This document shows, piece after piece, positions 12,432-23,822 of a DNA stretch of 64,000 nucleotides; the stretch's first letter is position 1, and each line of letters starts with the position of its first letter. The position numbers and the translations under genes are program-made. Origin of the DNA: Octopus bimaculoides (Eukaryota); NCBI RefSeq assembly GCF_001194135.2, contig NC_068998.1, positions 38,478,106 through 38,542,105 of the forward strand. The letters are read 5' to 3'. The notes beneath the pieces are model-generated. The model did no database searches and was not told where the DNA came from. It saw only the letters and a program-made list of their open reading frames with translations.

Positions 12432-13010
12432 TCACATACATTTATATACATACTTACATACATACATACATGTATGCATGTATGTATGTATATAGGTAGA
12501 CAGGTAGAATAGGCATTCTTCTTATAAAATTACAACACAGAGAGTCTATTTTTGTGTCCTTTCTTACTTTCTTAACCAAAAGTATCCATCACTGGGCTAT
12601 CGGGTTTATTAGGTGAGGAAGGAAGACGAGGACATTGAAATGAAAAGAAACAGGGTATCCTTCAACTGTGAATCAGTTCTTGATTGAAATGAGAAGATGA
12701 ATGGAGACTGCAAGAGACTCAAGACATTAAGTAAGTAGCATAAATGAAAAATAAATCATTACGACCAGAAATGGAAATTTAGTCGCAGACATAATTCATC
12801 ACGTATTTATTTCCTACTCAGCATCAGCCACAAGAGAGTTCCTACACTTTTCAATTAACCTATTAATATATTTTCTACAAACATATCCCTGTTGGGAAAA
12901 TCTGTATGTGAACCTCAAAGCAGTCCTTTAGCTAGCTAGATATAGTAACCAAGCTCCCTCAAATCACATCCTACTGTCTTAAAAACATTGTATGATGTAT
13001 AGCTATATAA

Positions 13011-13290
13011 TCATCATCATCATCATCATCATCATTATTGTCGTCGTCGTCATCATTGTTTAACATCCATTTTCCAAGCCTGGCATCAGTTGGACAGTTT
13101 GGGCTGGAGCTGACCAAGCTAGGGAGCTGTCCAGACTCCACTTGCCTGATTTTGGCAAGGTTTCTACAGCCGGATGCCCTTCCTAATGCCAACCACTTTT
13201 CAGAGAGTGTGCTGGGTGCCTCCTGTTACATGCCACGGGCACAGGTGCATTTGCAAAACACTAGTACGAGTGCACGGCACTGACACCTGC
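13011..13290 (-). mobile_element. Family D (RTE-LINE 3' UTR) copy
   Basis: Same diagnostic ggatgcccttcctaatgccaaccac block and (GAT)n tail. Confidence 0.8.
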
Positions 13291-13352
13291 AAAGAACATG
13301 CCTATACATATATGCATGTATATGTGTGTATGTGTGTGTGTATGTATATGTA

Positions 13353-13396
<44 letters not shown>

Positions 13397-14232
13397 TGTT
13401 ATACTTGACGATGGTCATTCTTTTTAAACACATGCACTAATGCATTCAATAGTGTATGTATTTAAATGACAAAAAATTGAAATGACCATCCCCAAGTATA
13501 ACAATATCTGTATCAACAAGCGATTTCATATCAAGAACCTTGCAAAATAAATAAACATAATATATATACATATACATATATATATATATATATATCTATA
13601 TATATATATATATATATATATATNNNNNNNNNNNNNNNNNNNNNNNNNNNNNNNNNNNNNNNNNNNNNNNNNNNNNNNNNNNNNNNNNNNNNNNNNNNNN
13701 NNNNNNNNNNNNNNNNNNNNNNNNNNNNNNNNNNNNNNNNNNNNNNNNNNNNNNNNNNNNNNNNNNNNNNNNNNNNNNNNNNNNNNNNNNNNNNNNNNNN
13801 NNNNNNNNNNNNNNNNNNNNNNNNNNNNNNNNNNNNNNNNNNNNNNNNNNNNNNNNNNNNNNNNNNNNNNNNNNNNNNNNNNNNNNNNNNNNNNNNNNNN
13901 NNNNNNNNNNNNNNNNNNNNNNNNNNNNNNNNNNNNNNNNNNNNNNNNNNNNNNNNNNNNNNNNNNNNNNNNNNNNNNNNNNNNNNNNNNNNNNNNNNNN
14001 NNNNNNNNNNNNNNNNNNNNNNNNNNNNNNNNNNNNNNNNNNNNNNNNNNNNNNNNNNNNNNNNNNNNNNNNNNNNNNNNNNNNNNNNNNNNNNNNNNNN
14101 NNNNNNNNNNNNNNNNNNNNNNNNNNNNNNNNNNNNNNNNNNNNNNNNNNNNNNNNNNNNNNNNNNNNNNNNNNNNNNNNNNNNNNNNNNNNNNNNNNNN
14201 NNNNNNNNNNNNNNNNNNNNNNNNNNNNNNNN

Positions 14233-14548
14233 TGACCATGGGATTGCACCTAGAAAGTTACCCTCCCAGGCACAAGTCCGGGCAAGGTTGTTTTATGGAA
14301 GACCAGCAGTCACCCATGCATACCGGCCTCCCCTCTCCACGCCACCGATGTTATCCAAGGGAAAGGCAAAGGCCAATACAGCTTGGCACCAGTGACGTCG
14401 CAACTCACTTCCACAGCTGAATGAACTGGAGCAACGTGAAATTAAGTGTCTTGCTCAAGAACACAACACGCAACCCGGTTCAGGATTCGAACTCACAACC
14501 TCACTATCATAAGCTCAACGCTCTAACCACTAAGTCATGCGCCTTCAC
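14233..14548 (-). mobile_element. SINE-E (tRNA head plus CORE-like domain) with distinct tail
   Basis: Minus strand: gtgaaggcgcatgacttagtggttagagcg (A box) ... gagttcgaatcc (B box) ... gtgttcttgagcaagacactt (CORE-like). Confidence 0.85.
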
Positions 14549-14599
14549 ACACACACACATATATATATATGTGTGTGTGTGTGTATGTATGTATGTATA

Positions 14600-14826
14600 T
14601 GCCATGCAAAAAGGCAGTGCCACATAACAGCACTCATGCCAGAGGCATGTCAAAAGCACCCAGCACACACTCTAAAGTGGTTGGTGTTAGGAAGGGCATC
14701 GAGCTAGAGAAACCAAGCCAAATCAGACGAGCACCTGGTGCAGCTTCCTAGCTTGCCAGCTTTGGTCAAACTGTGCAACCCATGCCAGCATGGAAACCAG
14801 ACGTTAAATGATGATGATGATGATGA
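14600..14826 (+). mobile_element. Family D copy
   Basis: aaagcacccagcacacactctaaagtggttggtgttaggaagggcatc ... gacgttaaatgatgatgat. Confidence 0.8.
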
Positions 14827-15256
14827 TATTGGAATAGAAGCAGCAAGCAGTGCTGTGTATAAATACAAACTTGTTACCAATTCAAATATGCATGGGCTGT
14901 ATACAAACCCATAAGAGAGCCATTTACTGTATCTTGCCATGGAGAAAATTTCTCACAATAGACAATTAAGTATAAACACAAGCAGGTCTGTTCGAAGTCT
15001 CATCTAGCCTTCTAGCCAGACTGATGGATATGGTATCCATCAGTTGGATTAGAGGGTACTTCAAACAAAGTTGGTTGTGTTTACACCTATTTGTCTTACC
15101 TATTTGCTGCCCCCTTGGCACTCAGGCCACATTCCTAGTGCCCCCATCCCATCAGCCACTCATCACCACAATCAGACCACTTTCTGCAGCAAATTCAAAA
15201 CAAACTGTATTTCATAAATAAAACTTAATCTAATTAAGCCATTATTTTGTTTTGAC

Positions 15257-15465
15257 AAGGCAGCGAGCTGGCAGAATCGTTAGCAACGCCAGGCGAAATG
15301 CTCAGCAGTATTTCGTCTATCTGTACGTTCTGAGTTCAAATTCCACCAAGATCGACTTTCATCCTTCCGGGGTTGATAAGCTAAGTACCAGTTGCATACT
15401 GGGGTCGATCTAATTGACTGGCCTCTTCCCCCAAAAGTTCGAGCCTTGTGCCTAGAGAAAAAAAG
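15257..15465 (+). mobile_element. SINE-B with 16-bp TSD
   Basis: tRNA-like head (ggcagcgagctggcagaatcgttagc; gagttcaaattcc). Flanks are attattttgttttgac (15241-15256) and attattttgtttcgac (15466-15481). Confidence 0.92.
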
Positions 15466-15481
15466 ATTATTTTGTTTCGAC

Positions 15482-15690
15482 ATCCTGGTGGCACATAAAA
15501 ACCACCCAGTACACTCTGTTAAGTGACTGGCATTAATTAGGAAGAGCATCCAGCCATAGAGGCCATGCCACAACAGACAGTTGGAGTCTGGACAACTCCC
15601 TGCTAGCCAGCTCTAGGTCAAACCATCCAACCCATGCCAACATGGAGAGCGGACGTTATACGATGATGATGACAACAATAATGATGATGA
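15482..15690 (+). mobile_element. Family D copy
   Basis: ggtggcacataaaaaccaccc ... ggaagagcatccagcc ... ggacgttatacgatgatgatg. Confidence 0.75.
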
Positions 15691-15922
15691 TGGCAATCCA
15701 TTGCCCCCTTTTGGCTACCCTATTATTGCCTTACTTTTCTTCAACGATTCCATGGATCTTTCCACCCTCCCCACCCCCGTGGGACAGTACCACCCACTTT
15801 GGGAATCCACTAGTCAACAGCAAGAAATTTTCTTCTAAACAAAATAAGGTGAATGGCTGTTTTACAGATTCAAATATGCCCCAAGCAGATTTGAACTAGT
15901 TACAAGTTTGTGTGTGTATATA

Positions 15923-16166
15923 CAGGGTTGGCCAAAAGTCACCTGACACAGTAAGTCAAAACCATTTAATTCCAAGATTTGTCTATGTTTAACAACTGAA
16001 TGAGACTTCGCTAATAAACAGACAAATGTTGAAAAAAGGAGAAAAATGGTGGTTTTTAACTCAGACCATTCAATTATTAAACATTCATAATTGGAATGAA
16101 TAAATAAAATTGAATATCAAATATTTATGGAATTTTGATTTACTGTCAAGTAACTTTTGGCCAACC

Positions 16167-16169
<3 letters not shown>
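15923..16169. mobile_element. Tc1/mariner-type MITE (247 bp)
   Basis: TIRs CAGGGTTGGCCAAAAGTCACCTGACA / TGTCAAGTAACTTTTGGCCAACCCTG, flanked by TA on both sides. Confidence 0.88.
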
Positions 16170-16209
<40 letters not shown>

Positions 16210-16243
16210 TATGTATATATGTGTGTATATATATATGTATATA

Positions 16244-16288
<45 letters not shown>

Positions 16289-17112
16289 ATATATGTGTGT
16301 GTATATATATATATATATATATGTATAAAAACAAATAGTAAATGAGTATATGCATATATACGTACAGGTATGTGCATACCGACATCCACCTGTATGTATA
16401 GGTGCATATCTGGGTACAGGACATTGCAAACAAAACAAGAGACGAGAAAACACACAAGCTACATAGAGAACATTCTACTTCATCAGCTACCTCCGTTTTA
16501 ACACCAGCGTTTCAAAAGAAAAATGGGATGGTCAAGGCTGGAATTCCTTTGATCCATGGTCTGTTCAGGTCTATTCAATCAGGATTAAAAGCTAGTGCTA
16601 AATAACAAACAACATGCTCAATGATTTCATTTCTCTAAAGCCAAAATCCAGTGTGTAGTCTTAAAGGCAAGGCTTTTATATTATTGTTTCCTTTGACAGA
16701 CACCTGCAGTCTACCAGGCTAATGTCTGTTGCTAATCTCCATGACAATAAGCAAATAAGAGACAAAACCTCACCCCACCCTCCCCACACCCCCACACACA
16801 CAGACACACTCACCCGAGATAGAATATAACTGACTCTGTTACAGATAACCTTTCTCATGAGTAGAACTCAAGAGTACATACCAACATAATATTCATCACT
16901 TTTCTAGTGTTGCCAATTTTCCCAGCTGTGATTTGCTTGTACATGGTTGATCAAGCCACTAGAAACAACAGCCAAATTTCTCTCAAATTACATTTAGGTG
17001 TGCACTATGTACTATGCCTGGTAAAGGGACTGGATAGTCACAGATACACAATACACTTGATCATAGATCTTTTAAATTAGGATTGACCTTGAACTAAACA
17101 TTCTACTTGGGC

Positions 17113-17294
17113 ACAGGTGTGGCTGTGTGGTAAGAAGCTTGCTTCTCAACCACATGACACCAAGTTCAGTTCCACTGCATGGCACCTTGGGCATACGTCT
17201 TCTTCTATGGCCTCAGGCCAACCAAAAAGCCTTGTGAGTGGATTTTGTAGATGGAAACTGAAAGAAGCCCATCATATATGTATGTATGTATGTA

Positions 17295-17341
<47 letters not shown>

Positions 17342-17590
17342 ATGTATGTATGTATGTATGTATGTATGTATGTGTCTGTGTTTGTCCCCTCACCATCACT
17401 TGACAACTGATGCTGATGTGTTTATGTAGCTGTAACTTAACAGTTTGGCAAAAGTGACTGATAGAATAAGTACTAGGCTTACAAAGTATAAGTCCTGCGA
17501 TCAATTTCTTTGATGAAAACCCTTTAAGGTGGTGCTCCAGCATGGCCGCAGTCAAATGACTGAAACAATTAAAAAAAAAAAGAAAAGAAT
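17113..17590 (+). mobile_element. Full-length SINE-A (reference copy)
   Basis: tRNA-like head (ggtgtggctgtgtggtaag ... aagttcagttcc), gcaccttgggc block, internal (GTAT)n(GT)n, and a tail with hairpin cagtca-aa-tgactg and an A-rich end. Confidence 0.92.
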
Positions 17591-17614
17591 ATGACCAAGT
17601 ACACATGACCGATG

Positions 17615-18060
17615 TAAGTTAAATGTCTTGGCTGTAGATATACTCACAACACTGGTAGCACAATAAAAATAACTGACCTAACGATTGGTGATTGCCCTGG
17701 TCCCAGTTACAGCAATGGTGTCACAACAGAAGCCATTGGCATTTCACCTCGTTGTCTTGGCAATTCTTAAAGTGCAACAGACACTAGATACAACAGTCTT
17801 GGCACAATTTCCAGCATGGTTGTACAATAAAAACCTTCAATGAATCCGTATTTGTCTTGGTCCTAGATATAACAGTACAGGTGACAATATAAATTATTGA
17901 CTTAATGACTGGTTGTCTTGACCCTAGACACAGCACCAATGGTACCATGATAACCAGTGACCTAACCACTGGTTAGTTTGGCCCTAGTTACAATAACAGA
18001 GGTACAACAGAAGTCATTAACACACCACTTGGTTGTTTTGATCATATATACTGCAAACAT
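17615..18060. repeat. Degenerate tandem repeat, period about 59-60 bp
   Basis: Recurrent ggttgtcttggccctaga-like motif near 17624, 17690, 17751, 17852, 17911, 17971 and 18031. Confidence 0.65.
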
Positions 18061-19662
18061 GACAATAAAAGTCTCTGACCTATCAATGGTTTATCTGTTG
18101 ATAGGTCAGAGTACTAGTAGCACAATAGACACTAATCACCAATCTGCAAGTTGTCCAGTACCTTATTGCCGTGATAGCCTTCTCTCTCCCCTGAAACTAA
18201 CCAAAAGTGAGCCAACTGTAATGTTTGATCTTCCCCAAAACGTGAAACAATTCAAATAGAAGCCAGACCTTCAAATACTGTGATGTAGAGGTTAATTTAG
18301 GTCTTTATCTATTCATCTACTTATTTAATAGTTTGTGGCATTGGGACAATCCTTTTTTTTTCAGGTCATTACTAAATTACAAGCTAAAGTGGGTGAATTT
18401 AATATGGTTAATGTTTAGTTCATAAAATTCATAAATTTAGAAATGAATTATAAAATTTGTACTGTGCAAAGGAGGTGAATTTTGATGCTTCAGTTTGGCC
18501 CTTTTGTATTTTAATAACTATTTGTTTTACAGACACAGTCCATCAGTAGGTCTATCATACTCTAGTCATTTCTCCTTTAATGTTTAGATTATTATAGTTT
18601 GGCTGAAGGTGAGAGAATGATGCTGGGGATAGGTAGGAAACAAATGTCCCACAGGAGTACTGTTCTGAAGATGAAAGAGTGGACAAAGTGATTGATATTT
18701 TGGTATGGCGTCTGCTGGGAGCAGGTGATAGAGAGAGAAAATGTAATGGCAGAAAGCGGGAGGGGAGGTGCCGAGAGTGAGGAAAGGTAGATGCATGCAT
18801 TAAGTGAGTCTAGATGTGTGAGGGAGGGGAAGAAACGGGGGGCATCAGAACTTTAAATATATAATTATTAAATTAATAGTAAAATATACGCTTGTGTTTC
18901 AGAACTTAAATTATTTCACTATTTAAATGACAGTCTAATGGACTTTTTCCAATATAATCTATGACGATAACAATGCATCTTTATTCTGTTTCCAATTAGT
19001 AACTACATGTTTTGTACATGCGATGTTGCTGCTCAACGGAAGGGGTGGGGTGGGGGGACAGAAACAGAAGCAGTAGAGTGCTGGACAAATTACTTCGTGG
19101 TCTTTGGTTACAGTTCTTTGTTGGAATCTTTTCTGGGTTCAAATACTGCCAGGAGTGATACTGCCTTTTATCCTTCTAGAGTGAGTTCTACAAGTACCAA
19201 TTAATTATTGGAGCAATTAAAATGACTACACTCCTATCCCCAAATTTCTAATTTTGGATTTATAATCGTTCATTATATATATAGAGAGAGACAGTTGTAA
19301 CAACTAGTCATTTTGTCAGATGATAAATGTCGAGTATCCCTATTCTGTTGGTAATATTGCGTTCCTTTGCATAATGGATTACCACAAATACTTGTTCAAA
19401 ATCTATTTATCAATCTGTGTCAGTCAATATGTTTGTCTGTTTGTCTGTCCATCTGTCTGCCTGTCAGTTTGTCTCTCTGAATTCTACTTGACCTACACAA
19501 GCAGGTAAAATAGGTATTTAAACACTGATGATGATGATGTTGATGATGATGATGAAGATGACAATGATGTATATTTACATGAGTATGGAGGAATGGATGG
19601 ATGGATGAATGGATGGATGGATGGATGGATGTTTGTATCTATATATGCATATAGATAAAAAT

Positions 19663-19850
19663 GTGAAGGTGCACGGCTTAGTGGTTAGAGCATTTGACTC
19701 ATGATTGTAAGGGTGTGAATTCAATTCCCAGCAGTGCATTGTGCCCTTAAACAAGACACTTTATTTCCCATTGGTCCAGTTCACTCAGCTAGCAAAAATG
19801 AGTTGGACCTGTCATTCAAAGGGGCCACCCTTGTCACATTCTGTGTCACG
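19663..19850 (+). mobile_element. SINE-E (tRNA head plus CORE-like domain), 3'-truncated
   Basis: gtgaaggtgcacggcttagtggttagagc ... gtgcccttaaacaagacactt ... cttgtcacattctgtgtcacg. Confidence 0.8.
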
Positions 19851-19854
19851 ACTG

Positions 19855-20025
19855 CAAACATTGCAGACCAAGCTTTCCCCATTCACTATACGAGCCGTGT
19901 GCTTTCGCACAGCTTGCTTAAGTTCTTCATGCTGGATACATGCTCTCTCAGAAGTGTTGATCCCCTCCTTAACCTGCTTCCTCCATCTGTGGCGATGACA
20001 GGCGTTGTTCTCCCAGTCAAGACAT
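19855..20025 (-). mobile_element. RTE-type LINE ORF C-terminal fragment
   Basis: DWENNACHRHRWRKQVKEGINTSERACIQHEELKQAVRKH...LVCNVCSR resembles the RTE WE..A.DR..WR..V..G motif followed by a C-terminal CxxC. Confidence 0.6.
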
Positions 20026-20040
20026 ACATACATACATACA

Positions 20041-20288
20041 TGTTGTTGGCACTCCGTCGCTTACGACGTCGAGGGTTCCAGTTGATCTGATCAATGGAAC
20101 AGCCTGCTCGTGAAATTAACGTGCAAGTGGCTGAGCACTCCACAGACACGTGTACCCTTAACGTAGTTCTCGGGGATATTCAGCGTGACACAGTGTGACA
20201 AGGCTGACCCTTTGAATTACAGGCACAACAGAAACAGGAAGTAAGAGTGAGAGAAAGTTGTGGTGAAAAAGTACAGCAGGGTTCGCCA
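20041..20288 (-). mobile_element. SINE-C 3' portion (head lost in gap)
   Basis: Near-identical reverse complement of 23390-23690. Confidence 0.88.
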
Positions 20289-20928
20289 NNNNNNNNNNNN
20301 NNNNNNNNNNNNNNNNNNNNNNNNNNNNNNNNNNNNNNNNNNNNNNNNNNNNNNNNNNNNNNNNNNNNNNNNNNNNNNNNNNNNNNNNNNNNNNNNNNNN
20401 NNNNNNNNNNNNNNNNNNNNNNNNNNNNNNNNNNNNNNNNNNNNNNNNNNNNNNNNNNNNNNNNNNNNNNNNNNNNNNNNNNNNNNNNNNNNNNNNNNNN
20501 NNNNNNNNNNNNNNNNNNNNNNNNNNNNNNNNNNNNNNNNNNNNNNNNNNNNNNNNNNNNNNNNNNNNNNNNNNNNNNNNNNNNNNNNNNNNNNNNNNNN
20601 NNNNNNNNNNNNNNNNNNNNNNNNNNNNNNNNNNNNNNNNNNNNNNNNNNNNNNNNNNNNNNNNNNNNNNNNNNNNNNNNNNNNNNNNNNNNNNNNNNNN
20701 NNNNNNNNNNNNNNNNNNNNNNNNNNNNNNNNNNNNNNNNNNNNNNNNNNNNNNNNNNNNNNNNNNNNNNNNNNNNNNNNNNNNNNNNNNNNNNNNNNNN
20801 NNNNNNNNNNNNNNNNNNNNNNNNNNNNNNNNNNNNNNNNNNNNNNNNNNNNNNNNNNNNNNNNNNNNNNNNNNNNNNNNNNNNNNNNNNNNNNNNNNNN
20901 NNNNNNNNNNNNNNNNNNNNNNNNNNNN

Positions 20929-20974
<46 letters not shown>

Positions 20975-21047
20975 ATATAGATAGATATAGATATAGATAT
21001 ACATACATACATACATGCATACATACATATATACATACACATAAATA

Positions 21048-21178
21048 TATATACCAAAGTAAGCACATAAATGTGAAACAAAGTGGAAAAAATAGTACTC
21101 GAATACCAGAGGTAGAGTACTATACTTTATCAAAAAGCAGCAAAAATATCACAAAAAGTGTTACTCAGAGTTTCACGT
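21048..21178 (-). mobile_element. Microsatellite-anchored repeat fragment ending in a hammerhead 3' half
   Basis: Minus strand cgt-GAAAC-TC-T-GA-GTA-ac (stem III ACUC/GAGU, GUA site). The 5' CUGANGA half is absent. Confidence 0.4.
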
Positions 21179-21612
21179 GGGCCAGATTGAAAGGGCTGAA
21201 GACAGATGCTTCCCTCTTTTGGTCAAGCCCTCTCTACCTTCACTTTGCTTTTCAAAGAAAAGTTAGAGAAGGAAGTTCTTGCCTTACAGCAATTTTGTTA
21301 AAAGGTGGGTGAATGTTGCAAGAATGGTCCAGGTGAACAGGCCTAGTCTAAACATGTGCCTGTAAGTTGAAGGAAGACAATGTGGAGGGGGAACTTGCTC
21401 TAGCCATCAGGGCAACCATGGTTTTGTGGGTCTCCATGAGCAGCCCTAGGAATTCTTCCTCTTTTGGAGAATTATTCATTGCTATAATTTTATATTGTTA
21501 CTGTTTTCTACTTTTTACCTGCCTTTTATGTAACCACACATTGTATTGTCCTGTACCATGCCCAACGTTTTTCTGTAAACTCTTTGTGATTAATAAAGAA
21601 AACATAATTACT

Positions 21613-21850
21613 AAGGTAACGAGCTGGAAGAAGCGTTAACACACCAGGAAAGATGCTTAGCAGCATTTCATCCATTTTTATGTTCTGAGTTCAAATTCCT
21701 CCAAGATTGACTTTACCTTTCATCCTTTTGGGATTTGATAAATTAAGTACCAGTGAAACACCGAGATCAATGTAACTGATTTATTTATCTCCACCCTCAA
21801 ACTTGCTGGCCTTCCACCAAAATTTGAAATCATTATTATTATTATTATTA

Positions 21851-21896
<46 letters not shown>

Positions 21897-22119
21897 TACT
21901 ATTATTAAGGCAGTGAGCTGGCAGAATTGTTAGCAAGCCAGGCAAGATGCTTAGTTGCATTTTGTCCGTCATTATATTCTGAGTTCAAATACCGCCAAGG
22001 TCAACTTTACCTTTCATCCTTTTGGGGTCAATGAAATAAGTACCAGTCAAGTACTGGAACCAATGTAATTGACCATCACCCTCCCACAAATTTCAGGCCT
22101 TGTGCCTTTAGTAAAAAGG
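21613..22119 (+). mobile_element. Two tandem SINE-B copies (21613-21831, 21907-22119) joined by (ATT)n
   Basis: Each copy begins aagg..gagctgg and is followed by (ATT)n. Confidence 0.88.
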
Positions 22120-22159
22120 ATTATTATTATTATTATTATCATTACTTTTATTATTATTA

Positions 22160-22265
22160 TTATTATTTTATGTTTGACTTTTGTTTTGCATTTGTACAAG
22201 TTGGATCCAAGTCTCACCCAAAGACCTCAAGAGACAACAAGTTAGAAGTTCATGTTAGAAGTTCA
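22160..22265 (-). mobile_element. Probable 3' UTR of an R4/Dong-type non-LTR element ending in (TAA)n
   Basis: Minus strand gtctcttgaggtctttgggtgagacttggatcc ... aaacataaaa(taa)n, embedded between trinucleotide runs. No coding sequence is retained. Confidence 0.4.
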
Positions 22266-22321
22266 TGTTGTTGTTGTTGTTGTTGTTGTTCTTGTTATTG
22301 TTATTGTTATTGTTATTGTTA

Positions 22322-22377
<56 letters not shown>

Positions 22378-22599
22378 TTTATGCTTTTCACAACATGTGT
22401 TCAATTGTTACACTTTCAAAGGGAAATAATCTTGTCTTGACCTTGATTCTTATCTGCTGTCAGCTAAACAGACAAAACAGCAAGGGAGTGGTAAGAGATA
22501 ACAAGTGTTAGTGGTAGCAAGTGACAATTGAGGTTATATTTTCCCAATAACTTCAATCTGCCATTTGGCTCATTATCATAAAAACTCTGTTAACACTTG

Positions 22600-22990
22600 C
22601 TGCAAACAACTGTTTTTATGTCTGATACATAAGGAAGATGTTACAAAAGTTTGCCTTTTTAGTATGTTTTTATCTCTCCTCAAAAGACACAGCCATCAAA
22701 CATTATGTGCAGCTCTGTAGGCAGAAATTGCTTTTATCCTAGTTATATATGAAGTAGAACAGTTCACCACAGTATATTCAAATTATCTGTTGCTTTTGAA
22801 AAAGATGAGTATCTGCAATGTATCTCCAACTGCTGATCAAGACAGCTTCTTGCCAAATGAAAGCTTAATTGTAATTGATGAAGTGCCAGTTATCTATATC
22901 TCTATGTTTGCCTTAAATGCAATTGACAAATACCTGCAAGTTATTGCAGGTATAAACAGATCTTTCATAGAGATCAGCATACTTGGTGGA
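22600..22990 (+). mobile_element. Helitron PIF1-like helicase fragment (decayed)
   Basis: SRTVHHSIFKLSV and SICNVSPTADQDSFLPNESLIVIDEVP..FALNAIDKYLQVIAGINRSF..ILGG match PIF1 motifs (GRT.HS.FKL, IIWDE, LEAVDRLL..., PFGG..LLGG). Confidence 0.7.
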
Positions 22991-22994
22991 GGAT

Positions 22995-23175
22995 CACTAC
23001 CAGAAAGTTTTAACCTGGCTGTGCAAATGAGAAGCTTGCTTGGCAACCATGTGACTTCGAGGTCATTCCCACTGTACAGCACCTTGGGTAAGTGTTGACT
23101 TCTACTACAGCCTCAGATTGACCAATGCCGCCTTGTGGGTAAATATTTGGTCGATGGAAACCATGGAAGTTCATC
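22995..23175 (+). mobile_element. SINE-A head, diverged
   Basis: gaagcttgcttggcaaccatgtg ... gcaccttgggtaagtg ... ggaaaccatggaag. Confidence 0.7.
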
Positions 23176-23207
23176 ATATATATATATATATATATATACA
23201 TATATAT

Positions 23208-23246
<39 letters not shown>

Positions 23247-23247
<1 letters not shown>

Positions 23248-23690
23248 GGAGGTACAATGGCCCAGTGGTTAGGGCAGCGGACTCGCGGTCATAGGTTCGC
23301 ACTTTCAATTCCCAGACCGGGCGTTGTGAGTGTTTATTGAGCAAAAACACCTAAAGCTCCACGAGGCTCCGGCAGGGGATGGTGGTGAACCCTGCTGTAC
23401 TCTTTCACCACAACTTTCTCTCACTCTTACTTCCTGTTCCTGTTNNNNNNNNNNNNNNNNNNNNNNNNNNNNNNNNNNNNNNNNNNNNNNNNNNNNNNNN
23501 NNNNNNNNNNNNNNNNNNNNNNNNNNNNNNNNNNNNNNNNNGTGTCACGCTGAATATCCCCGAGAACTACGTTAAGGGTACACGTGTCTGTGGAGTGCTC
23601 AGCCACTTGCACGTTAATTTCACGAGCAGGCTGTTCCGTTGATCGGATCAACTGGAACCCTCGACGTCGTAAGCGACGGAGTGCCAACAA
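23247..23690 (+). mobile_element. Full-length SINE-C (short internal gap)
   Basis: tRNA head tggaggtacaatggcccagtggttagggcagcgg ... ttcaattcccagacc. Tail ends ggaaccctcgacgtcgtaagcgacggagtgccaacaa. Confidence 0.92.
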
Positions 23691-23702
23691 TATATATATA
23701 TA

Positions 23703-23822
23703 TGGTTCCGGGTTCAGTCCCACTGCATAGCACCTTGGGCAAGTGTCTTCTACTGTAGCCTCGGGCCAACCAAAGCCTTGTGAGTGGATTTGGTAGACAG
23801 AAAATGAAAGAAGCCCATCGTA
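23703..23822 (+). mobile_element. SINE-A head fragment
   Basis: ggttccgggttcagtcccactg ... gaaagaagcccatcg. Confidence 0.85.

Noticed and set aside
15735-15834. 100-nt minus-strand exon candidate with AG/GT ends
   Set aside because: Its exit phase (2) is incompatible with the downstream terminal exon frame, and the peptide is unrecognisable.
23247-23320. Functional tRNA genes (also at 14470-14548, 19663-19735, 44690-44750)
   Set aside because: Only A/B-box heads are present, continuing into SINE bodies. No complete cloverleaf or acceptor stem.
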